Below, piece after piece: positions 53,719 to 64,000 of a stretch of DNA of 64,000 nucleotides. Positions within the stretch are counted from its first letter, which is position 1, and each line of letters starts with the position of its first letter. Origin of the DNA: Eledone cirrhosa (Eukaryota); the NCBI GenBank assembly GCA_964016885.1, contig OZ024755.1:30628001-30692000 (forward strand). The letters run 5' to 3'. Position numbers and translations under genes: made by a program. The notes under the pieces are model-generated. The model did no database searches. It saw nothing but the letters and a program-made list of their open reading frames with translations, and was not told the DNA's origin.

Positions 53719-54346
53719 GAGACAGGTTGTACTGGGATACATTTTACCAGTTGGTGCTACTGTTAACATGTATCCCAGTGCAACCTGTTTCATGGTCGGG
53801 TCGTTGGCGACTAAACTGGCAACCCCACCAAGGTTTCTTGGTGAGGAGGGTGACTTTGGACATCCTGCAGGACTAAAAACAAAACCTGTCAAAGGGCAAA
53901 GGAGCTCTTCAGAGTCAATGGCCATCCAAAATCACCGGGAGAGATGACCCCTTAGCCTTTGTTAAGGCAGAACTCTAGGAGAAGGAAAACTCTGTTATAA
54001 CACCTGCAACCCTGATGGTATCCAATGATGTTAACTTGTTCTTCTTTTTGGTAAATATCATCTTGGTTAAGAGAGTGGGACTGGCTTTGTGCAGTGCCTT
54101 TGCTCACTATAAAAGCTTCACGGCACTGGCATTGCTTTATATCTGGAAATCTCTCTGCACTTGTCGTCACATGGTACCATGGGCCCAGCACTATGTGTCA
54201 ATAATTGTCATAAGTGTAGTGTTTGTACCAGAGTTTTCAAGTCGCTGGCTGGACTAAAAAGTCACACTCGTTCAGCGCATCGATAGGGGTTCTCCTACAT
54301 GGATATAAAGTAGTGGCCGTACTCGAAAACGAGTTGGCAGCCACCA
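53719..54346 (+). mobile_element. Non-autonomous RTE-derived element with a 5' inverted duplication
   Basis: Colinear with 27047-27693; acaggttgtactgggatacat / atgtatcccagtgcaacctgt hairpin at 5' end; TA tracts on both sides. Confidence 0.85.
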
Positions 54347-54380
54347 TATATATATATATGCGTATTTATAAATTCATATA

Positions 54381-54436
<56 letters not shown>

Positions 54437-54454
54437 TGTGTGTTTATATATTTA

Positions 54455-54486
<32 letters not shown>

Positions 54487-57400
54487 CATATATGTGTGTT
54501 TATATATTTATATATATATATATATATATATACATATATGTGTGTTTATATATTTATATATATATATTACTTATGTATATATGTATGTTCATATATGTTT
54601 GTGTACATACTTGAATTTTTAATTGAGGAAATTATGAATGACAAATAAAGTATTGTTGAAACTTGAACTATAAAATACACCCCAACCACAAAATCATTGC
54701 CATGCCCTTGCAGCTATCTTCGCTCTTCTGTTTCAGCAAGATAAAACACAAACAAGTATTTTTTTATGCGAATATAAGTGTTTCCATTCATTTTTAATAC
54801 TTCAGTGAAATATAACAAATATAATTACGAAGACTATACCATCCTTGTATGCTTGTGTCACATTTATAAGTATGTTTATCATTTTTGTATAGTCTACGTT
54901 TAAAAATAAAATGACGTCTCAACAGTTTTCAACGATTTATTTCTCATCAAATTATATGTTATATTATATAGGATATAAGAGGAGTAAAATAGGTCTTTAA
55001 AGAATTGTAAATCACTTAATTATCTCGCGTATCCATGAGAGAAGCAGGAACAAATAGTAGCGGGAACAAATAAAGTACATCATCTTATTTAATGTTTCCC
55101 AGAATCTATTCCACTTCGCTGGATTGGTCTTTTTATTTATTCACCCCGTAAAGCTAAGTTGACCGCAACAAAATTTTAAATCAGAACACAAGGAGCTAAA
55201 AATATTTTCATAATTATTTGTGTTCTGAGTTAAATTTTGCTTAAGGGCCTTGGTTTTTCTTTGTTTGCCTTTTTTTTTTTTTTTTCGTCCGGTTGGGTCG
55301 ATCTTTCTTTATTTGCCACAGGGGCGTACAAAAATGGGACATTACAAGACGTGACGGCGGAGGTTTTACATAAAAATAACTTTAACATTAATAAATAACA
55401 ATAAACTATATATAATAAAATAACAATTGAAATCCCCAATAGGGGGGAACGTTACTGCAGGGTTGTTTTACACCCCGTGGATAGAAATTGATAATTTTCT
55501 AATAAAGATCGTCTTCTTAACTGAGATGTGTGACTTTATGAGTTATCTAACTTCTGTCATTCAATCGTTATCTCTTTATGCGTATCACAGTGAATATGTA
55601 GTTATAGGTATGCCATAATATTTGTAACAAAACATGATTTATTTAACTCATTTCTTACCATATTTCTAATGAAGTACATTTCCTAAGTTTTAAAAATAAT
55701 CAAGAATTTGGAGAGGATTTACGCACATACCTCACTTTCTTGTTATCAAGCTGGTGTTGCATGTTATGTATAAGTCCTAAAGCTTTGGTTATATATTGCT
55801 GGCTTTCATTGGATTCATACACGAGTGTGTGTCTGTGAAACATATACACATACACACAAGGAAACGTATGCACATACGCTGTCCCCATCTCTCACCACTA
55901 CGAGCAAATGGGGGCCCACGCGCCGGCCGCCCCGCCCCGCAACCCCGGAGGACAGAACGGGGGAGGCGTTTCTCCGGAGGGAGGTGCGCTGGAAGAGCCG
56001 CTCCAGCCCGCGTGGCTCACACTAGCGGGTAGCCAAATCTGTGTCGATGGTGGTGAGCAGGGAGGTAGCCCTAGGGCCAAGGACATCAGAAATCCCCATT
56101 GCCACGGGCTCGACTGCAAGCTGGTGTTTGGAACATAATACAAAAAACGTCTTACATAAAAGTATGCTTGAAAGTTTTTAGATAAATACGAACACTTTAA
56201 AACTGAGTTTTATATCATAGAACCAGACTCGGCTTTATGTACCAAAAGGGTTAAAACTGTTTATATTTTTTGTTATTCTAATCATTGAGGGTTTACTTCA
56301 AAATATTTATAGAATCAAATGGCACTTTTTGAAATTATTCCTAATCCCATTGGATTCCATTACTATGATTCTAAGACCTCTTCTGCAACTCCGGGTATTT
56401 GATTTGTTAAACAAGAAAGTGTAGGACAGAACAAAAGAGAGACACAAAGGAAAGGTTACTGGTCGGGGTTGGGACGTCCCTGGTGTCGGCTGAAGGTTCC
56501 GGATGTTTTTAGCGAAGTGTTGATAAGACATCCTGTGTGGGCTGGAGTAGCGTGTCTCTCGAGGCCAGCACACGTGACGTCGCCGAAAAGTCGCCCTCAA
56601 CTAATTTGAGGTTGACTCTCTCCCGAAGAGGTTTTGAAAGTGCAATCGAACACTCGTCATAAAGATTTTTTTAAGATTTTCTGAGACCCATTTCTTGATC
56701 ATATATTTCCGCTGCAATAATCGCAATACAACGCCATTTTCCATAATTCTACTTCAACGTAATATGCATTTGTTTCTTCTTTCTGAAGATTATTTTCATA
56801 AGATTCTTTATCTTTTCTAAACCGATTCAATAATACGACTCATGAGGAGGAAGATTGGCAGTATCGGTAGAGCGTCTGACAAATTGCTTTGTGTCATATT
56901 GTTACGTCCCTTTGCGTTCTGAGTTCAAATCCCGCTGATGCTAGCTTTGCCTTTAATCATTACGGAGTCTATAAAGTAAGTATCAATTTTGCATTGGGGT
57001 CGATTTAACCGAGTTTCCCCTCACCCCCAAAAAATTGTTGGCCCTGTGGCTAAATCAGAATCTATTAATTCCACTCTAATTTCTATTTTCAAATTTCTTT
57101 TTTCAGAAGAGCTGAGATTATCCAGGAGAAAATTTTCTTAACAGCGAATATATTATAAAACTGAAAAATAAGTTCAAATGTTATCTGTTACACGTTAATT
57201 ACTATTCTGTCAGTCAAACTACAAAAGCCAGAGATATACCTGGATATCAACATAAAGATAATATAGACAGGATGATAAAGTAGCAGGTGATTTATGCATT
57301 GACTCAAGCAGTTTTATGCCGGTAAAAAGAACTTAAAGAAATGTTACCATATGTGAGACTTTAAACGTAAGAAAGTTTGGAGAAGAAAGCGATATGATTT

Positions 57401-57543
57401 TCTAGTTACTAGCTGACACATGGATGTTAAACTAATAACATCGAACGAAACTCGTAAGAACCCATCGATAGTAGCTTGCTGGCATACGAATGTTAAAAAA
57501 TAAAACAGAACAAAGCTTTTAAGAATTCATTATCATAAGCAAT

Positions 57544-57735
57544 GGCGGTGGATTGGCAGTATTGGTAGAGGTTCTGACGCCATGCTTTACAGCATAGAGT
57601 TACGGCCCTTCATGGTCTGAGTTCAAATCCCGCCGAGGTTAACTTTGCCTTTCATCCCTACGGGGTCGATAAAATAAAGTACCAGTAATACACTGAGATA
57701 ATTGCTGGCCTTGTGCCAAAAGTAGAAGCAATTAT
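57544..57735 (+). mobile_element. SINE family A with TSD attatcataRgcaatg
   Basis: Direct repeat on both sides. Confidence 0.92.
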
Positions 57736-57856
57736 CATAGGCAATGTCTAGCTAGTAACAACAGCCAGAACATTAGGAATTACAACTCATAAACGCAGAC
57801 ATAGATTAAAACACTAAATCCGAAAAGGTTTGATACTATTGCGGATACAGTTGAAA

Positions 57857-57889
<33 letters not shown>

Positions 57890-57891
<2 letters not shown>

Positions 57892-58250
57892 ATCATCATC
57901 ATCATTATCTATCATCCGGCGGCCTCAGCCAAAATGGACTCAAGAATTGATCTCCACGTAGGTCTGTCATTCATTGCCGTTGCCAAATCCTGAATTTCAA
58001 TACCAGAATCTCTGGAGATGACATCGGGATAGAAGAGCTTGCGCCCCCTGTTGTTAGTGACTGCTTGTGGTTTCCTAAGCACTAATGAGGACACAGCCTC
58101 CTAGGTGGCACGATGGCAGTGGACAACAAATCTTACTCTCCTCTTACGTACAACGACAGATATGTGTAGGAGGCCGGCATATATCTCTCTCAAAGTCAGA
58201 TGTCACCAACTTATGTTCTGAATGCGCTGAAGCAGGCGAGTATAAGTGCC
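57890..58250 (-). mobile_element. RTE-like LINE 3' end with (GAT)n tail
   Basis: RGRKLFYPDVISRDSG...DLATAMNDRPTWR then stop and (gat)n. Confidence 0.72.
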
Positions 58251-58295
58251 ATCAAAGCGCTTCTGTTGTTTTAATGAAAGCGTCATGTTTCACTT

Positions 58296-58329
<34 letters not shown>

Positions 58330-58338
<9 letters not shown>

Positions 58339-58800
58339 TAAACGGAATAGAAAATGCTGACAAATTGTTCACAGTTGAAAAATTGTTTAATTAGGAATAA
58401 AAGAGTATTAGTGATTGTATGGGTTAGTATTCAGTTGTGGTTTTAAGTTTTTAAGTTTTTACCGGTTGCGCATTTCTAAATGCTTTTCAAAAATAATTTT
58501 GAGATAGAGTGTCCGTGCTGTTTGCTCTGATCTTTCCGTGCTGTTTGCTCTGATCTTTCCGTGCTGTTTACAGATCAGAGCAAACAGCACGGACACTCTA
58601 TCTCAAAATTATTTTTGAAAAGCATTTAGAAATGCGCAACCGGTAAAAACTTAAAACCACAACTGAATACTAACCCATACAATCACTAATACTCTTTTAT
58701 TCCTAATTAAACCATTTTTCAACTGTGAACAATTTTTCAGCATTTTCTATTCCGTTTACCAATATATAATAACTTGTGTGTTACACCTCTATTCTTTTAA

Positions 58801-58803
<3 letters not shown>
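58330..58803 (+). mobile_element. Fold-back element, ~200-bp arms 58330-58533 / 58572-58767 plus 36-bp tail, with degenerate hammerhead
   Basis: Arms nearly identical; ttgaaaa-gcatt-taga-aatgc-gcaa-ccgg-ta at 58615-58645; TA tracts on both sides. Confidence 0.85.
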
Positions 58804-58839
<36 letters not shown>

Positions 58840-59086
58840 TGGTGCAAGGTAAAGACTTGCTACTTGATGAAAACTAGAAGTCTACCTCTTTATCAGGGGT
58901 CAACCTCCCTACTCGCCACCATCGGCACAGAGTTGGCTACCCCCAGGTGTGAGCCTCGCGAGCTGGAATGTATCTTCCAGCGCCTCTCCTTCACCATCCT
59001 CCGGAGAAAAGCCTTCTCTATTCTGTCCGTCGGAGCCGTGGGGGTGGCCAGCGCGTGGAATCCTGAATCCTGTTTGCTCATAATAG

Positions 59087-59910
59087 TGAGAGATGTGGCT
59101 AGCGGGAGAGACGGAGGCAGTGACAGTGGTAGTTTGGTTCCTTTGTGTTCGGACCTGGTGCATATGAGAGATGGGCAGAGCAGGAGAGACGGAGGCAGTG
59201 ACAGTGGTAGTTTGGTTCCTTTGTGTTCGGACCTGGTGTATATGAGAGATGGGCAGAGCGGGAGAGACGGAGGCAGTGACAGTGGTAGTTTGGTTCCTTT
59301 GTGTTCGGACCTGGTGTATATGAGAGATGGGGAGAGCGGGAGAGACGGAGGCAGTGACAGTGGTAGTTTGGTTCCTTTGTGTTCGGACCTGGTGTATATG
59401 AGAGATGGGCAGAGCAGGAGAGACAGAGGCAGTGACAGTGGTAGTTTGGTTCCTTTGTGTTCGGACCTGGTGTATATGAGAGATGGGGAGAGCGAGAGAG
59501 ACGGAGGCAGTGACAGTGGTAGTTTGGTTCCTTTGTGTTCGGACCTGGTGTATATGAGAGATGGGGAGAGCAGGAGAGACGGAGGCAGTGACAGTGGTAG
59601 TTTGGTTCCTTTGTGTTCGGACCTGGTGTATATGAGAGATGGGGAGAGCAGGAGAGACAGAGGCAGTGACAGTGGTAGTTTGGTTCCTTTGTGTTCGGAC
59701 CTGGTGTATATGAGAGATGGGGAGAGCGAGAGAGACGGAGGCAGTGACAGTGGTAGTTTGGTTCCTTTGTGTTCGGACCTGGTGTATATGAGAGATGGAG
59801 AGGGCGGGAGTGGTAGTTTGGTTCCTTTGTGTTCGGACCTGGTGTATATGAGAGATGGGGAGGGCGGGAGTGGTAGTTTGGTTCCTTTGTGTTTGGACCT
59901 GGTGTATATG
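59087..59910. repeat. 78-bp minisatellite (~9 units plus two shorter units) inside the GC-rich dispersed repeat 58895-59940
   Basis: 26-aa periodicity in several ORF frames; flanks match 55820-56090. Confidence 0.95.
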
Positions 59911-60329
59911 TATATGTTTCACGGGGACACACACACACTGAGACATTAACATATGTACATACACATTTAAACTATCAGTCAATCTATCTAAGTTTACAAA
60001 AGTGTGGAATATTCACATGTGTCCTTCAGCAATTCAATTCAATATTATAACCTTAGAATTAACCACAAGCATTTCTTTAATAAGTTTAATAAGGTACGCA
60101 GGAGTAGGGGAAATTTCCCATGATCTTTATAGAACTTTCCATATATATCTACCTGATCATTATCTTGAATGGGTTTTCGAACCATTAAAGGTTCTCATCA
60201 GAAGATATGTATATCACATAAACAACTATAAGGAAATCGTAACTGAGAGGCTTATGTACTCTCTCGTTTATAGTATTATTCCTGAAATACACATTCCAGT
60301 TTGCATACTGTTAGCATTCGTGTCGTTAG

Positions 60330-60890
60330 TTCTTCTTCGCCCATTTATTCCTATGAGGGTCGTGGGGGAAGAGTCATCAAGCACTCCTTCCAGCGAGTCC
60401 TGTCAGACTCCAACTGATCCGACTGAATCCCCAAGCGAGACCAGCCAAGCTCATGAATGTTATCCATCTTACTCGGGGGGTCTACCCCTGTGTCCCCTGT
60501 CAGTTGGTTTTGCCATCAAAAACATAAACATCAGACATCATTTTATCACATTCCACTTGAACTAATATGTGATCAATCGATGCTGCTAGAAACAGCAGCC
60601 AAACCTCCTTTAAATAAAACTAGTGTATCTTTTTCTTCTTCGTCTTCTTCGCCCACCTATTCATGGGAATGGGTCGTAGGGGCAGAGCCCTCAAACACTC
60701 CTTCCAACGAGTCCTGTAGTTTCCAACATGATCCGGCTGGATCTCCAAGCGAGACCAGCCAAGCTCATGAATGTTATCCAACCATTTTACTCGGGGGCTA
60801 CCCCTGGGTCTCCTGTCAGTTGGTTTTGCCTGTAAAATCTGTCCAGAGACCTTTCCTGAGACATTCTAACCACATGCCCATAGTATCATA
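60330..60890 (-). mobile_element. Two RTE-type 3'-end fragments (60330-60520, 60630-60890)
   Basis: Homologous to 23476-23710 and 13700-13897. Confidence 0.78.
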
Positions 60891-61168
60891 TACTGTCTGT
60901 ATTTTTTCATTGTGTCACTATTACTTAACTTATGTTGATTACTCTGGGGATTAATTTACTTACTGATTACTCTCTCATTGAGTGCTTTGTAACAGCCTTC
61001 AAAAATTGATTGCGAACCTGCTACTCGCAGCTGCAGTTATACTCATTATTATATATCCTGCCGTGATTAACTTTGGTTTTCATCCCTACGGGATCGACAA
61101 ATTAAAGTACCAGTAATGCACTGGGGTAATTGCTGGCCTTGTGCCAAATGTAGAAACAATTATATATA

Positions 61169-61845
61169 CAGTGAATCTTAGCTTATCCGGACGGTCAAAA
61201 CCAAACAGGTAGAAAAAGATCCGGTTAAGTGAATTCTAAAATCCCATTGTTACATAATGCTCGTGGTTTCTAATGTTTTGGCTTCTTTTAGTCAAAATAA
61301 AAGACAAATGCTAAGTAAAAAAAGTTTATTAGAATAACAAAAGAACAGCTAGAATTTATAAGAAAATTAATTAAACAAACATAAGAATAACTAAAAACTG
61401 AATTGAGTCAAACCATAAAACGTTAGTACTTTTATAAAAATGAATAAGTAGAAGATTGTTTTCGCGCCGAAGCTCGTCGTTCCGCTACCATTTCCACGCA
61501 ACAGCTGAACGGTCAACCACCTCCCTCATGTTTATCGCACGTAAAAATGGAATTATTCCCGTGTCCCCTTTTCCGATCAAATCCCGGAGCAATTGTTTTC
61601 TGTAAATCCGCTTTAGTGTCTCCAAAACTCCCCCCTGGTCCATTGGCTCAATAAGTGACGTAACGTTCGCCGGAAGAAATGCTGACCGAATCTGTCCGTC
61701 TGCCAAAATCAAGTTCTCCTCATCCGGAGGTAGTATAGAAATAGTCGTCCGGTAAATCGAATTTCGGAAATCGGAAAAGCGATATCCGGAAATCGGAAAA
61801 GCGATATCCGGAAATCAGAAAAGCGATATTCGGATAAGTGAAGAT

Positions 61846-61851
<6 letters not shown>
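61169..61851 (-). mobile_element. Internally deleted Tigger/pogo DNA transposon
   Basis: TIRs cagtgaatcttagcttatccg / cggataagtgaagatgcattg with TA flanks; DDE_1 remnant FLPANVTSLIEPMDQG (61485-61712); 21-bp subterminal repeats. Confidence 0.85.
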
Positions 61852-61903
<52 letters not shown>

Positions 61904-61983
61904 TAGATATATATATATACAGTGCATCTTCACTTATCCGGTTGCAACGTTTTTTGAAATATCCTGTTCTGCGTGAGAGTGTA

Positions 61984-62015
<32 letters not shown>

Positions 62016-62086
62016 TGCGCGCGTGTGTATCTGCGTGTGCGCATGTATATGCGTATTTGTGTGTGTGTGATATGAATTTACGTATG

Positions 62087-62155
<69 letters not shown>

Positions 62156-62245
62156 ATGTACTTGCAGAGCGAAAAATAATAAATTCCAACAAAACTAGTG
62201 ATGTTCTGCGCCAATAAAATATATTTCATGCCAACCAATAAAATA

Positions 62246-63397
62246 ACCTCCAACACAAATACTCGGGCATTTGTATAGAGACATCAGGGCAACAAGAAGC
62301 TGACCATTGATCCCAAACTCCTGCAAGATCTTTCTTTCAAATTTCTGTACGTTCACTAATATGTTTCGTGTAATACTTTCACTTATTTCCCCTATTCCAC
62401 CGTAGATCATAGCTTTTCTTTTATAATACTTGTGTGATCTGGTTGTAACGTTGTTGTGTGTAAAATATATTTCATGCCAACCTCCAACACAAATACTCGG
62501 GCATTTGTATAGAGACATCAGGGCAACAAGAAGCTGACCATTGATCCCAAACTCTTGCAAGATCTTTCTTTCAAATTTCTGTACGTTCACTAATATGTTT
62601 CGTGTAATACTTTCACTTATTTCCCCTATTCCACCGTAGATCATAGCTTTTCTTTTATAATACTTGTGTGATCTGGTTGTAACGTTGTTGTGTGTAAAAT
62701 ATATTTCATGCCAACCTCCAACACAAATACTCGGGCATTTGTATAGAGACATCAGGGCAACAAGAAGCTGACCATTGATCCCAAACTCTTGCAAGATCTT
62801 TCTTTCAAATTTCTGTACGTTCACTAATATGTTTCGTGTAATACTTTCACTTATTTCCCCTATTCCACCGTAGATCATAGCTTTTCTTTTATAATACTTG
62901 TGTGATCTGGTTGTAACGTTGTTGTGTGTAAAATATATTTCATGCCAACCTCCAACACAAATACTCGGGCATTTGTATAGAGACATCAGGGCAACAAGAA
63001 GCTGACCATTGATCCCAAACTCTTGCAAGATCTTTCTTTCAAATTTCTGTACGTTCACTAATATGTTTCGTGTAATACTTTCACTTATTTCCCCTATTCC
63101 ACCGTAGATCATAGCTTTTCTTTTATAATACTTGTGTGATCTGGTTGTAACGTTGTTGTGTGTAAAATATATTTCATGCCAACCTCCAACACAAATACTC
63201 GGGCATTTGTATAGAGACATCAGGGCAACAAGAAGCTGACCATTGATCCCAAACTCTTGCAAGATCTTTCTTTCAAATTTCTGTACGTTCACTAATATGT
63301 TTCGTGTAATACTTTCACTTATTTCCCCTATTCCACCGTAGATCATAGCTTTTCTTTTATAATACTTGTGTGATCTGGTTGTAACGTTGTTGTGTGT
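62246..63397. repeat. 234-bp tandem repeat x~5, near-identical, containing a LINE RT-like fragment
   Basis: 78-aa periodicity; KILQEFGINGQLLVALMSLY resembles RTE RT WxxLxxxGIxGxLLxxIxSLY. Confidence 0.93.
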
Positions 63398-63471
63398 AAC
63401 ACATAAATATATGTGTAACACTTTAATATTTTTACGTTTGTTCAGTATTTTCTGTTAATTCTGTTCCCCTT

Positions 63472-63595
63472 GTGAAGGTGTGTGGCTGAGTGGTTAGAGA
63501 ATTGGATTCGCAGTCGTGAGGTTGTGAGTTCGGTTCCTGGAACAGGCGATGAGTTATGTCCTTGAGCAAGACATTTTATTTCACGTTGCTCCTTC
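63472..63595 (+). mobile_element. SINE family B 5' part
   Basis: A box tggctgagtgg, B box gagttcggttcc, gtccttgagcaagaca. Confidence 0.82.
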
Positions 63596-63864
63596 TACCT
63601 GGAGTTGCGACCGGTAGATGGTAATAGCAATTGGAAAGACCAACGGAAACATTGTTTCCTCGGTCCGATTTGACGAAAGTCGGTCGATCCTTTGTTCCTC
63701 TTTGAGATGTTAACGTTAAGAGGTGCAATTGTCTGTTTTGTGTTAGTTTCATGACGTAGAGCCCACTCTGAATGACGTAGAGCCCACTCTGAATGACATG
63801 CGTACGACAACCGTTTTGTAGAGTGACCGCTGTAAGCTGAGACTACGAAATTCAGCATTATTTG

Positions 63865-64000
63865 TATTGGCAAGGTCGGACTCCATGCTTTGCAGCCCAG
63901 AGTTATGCCCCTTTACGATCTGAGTTCAAATCACGCCGAGTTTAACTTTGCCTTTCATCCTTACGTTACGGGGTCGATATAATAAAGTACCAGTCAGGCA
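63865..64000 (+). mobile_element. SINE family A, cut by window end
   Basis: B box and core. Confidence 0.85.

Noticed and set aside
56440-56620. GC-rich patch with cacgtg and tgacgt as a promoter
   Set aside because: Short motifs are expected by chance and no associated gene is visible
59087-59910. CRISPR-like array
   Set aside because: No unique spacers, no cas genes, eukaryotic context; the same applies to the 99, 137 and 234-bp arrays
58864-59982. 361-aa and 357-aa repeat proteins
   Set aside because: Open on both strands because of a 78-bp stop-free minisatellite within a dispersed repeat
60002-60954. 187-aa and 165-aa ORFs
   Set aside because: Largely antisense to RTE 3' fragments; no domain recognised

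Overview
AT-rich, microsatellite-dense eukaryotic DNA with no host protein-coding exon I can support. The dominant tRNA-derived SINE resembles octopod cephalopod SINEs (recalled, not searched), so this is probably an intergenic or intronic stretch of an octopus-like genome. It is a mosaic of about 35 SINE copies or fragments, a 3'-truncated Tx1-like LINE, a CR1-group LINE, several RTE fragments, an R4/Dong-like RT fragment, a Tigger/pogo remnant, a hAT end, a probable solo LTR, Helitron/HINE-like repeats and four TE-seeded or CpG-rich tandem arrays. The main signal is about 14 fold-back (inverted-repeat) elements, most abutting (TA)n tracts. Most have an unpaired tail on one side, and several carry complete minimal type I hammerhead ribozyme folds, the architecture of Penelope-like element (PLE) termini. 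One fold-back carries a tRNA-like Pol III head instead, a candidate PLE-mobilised SINE. Nearly all long ORFs in the track are microsatellite artefacts. Coordinates were read by eye and element ends are approximate.
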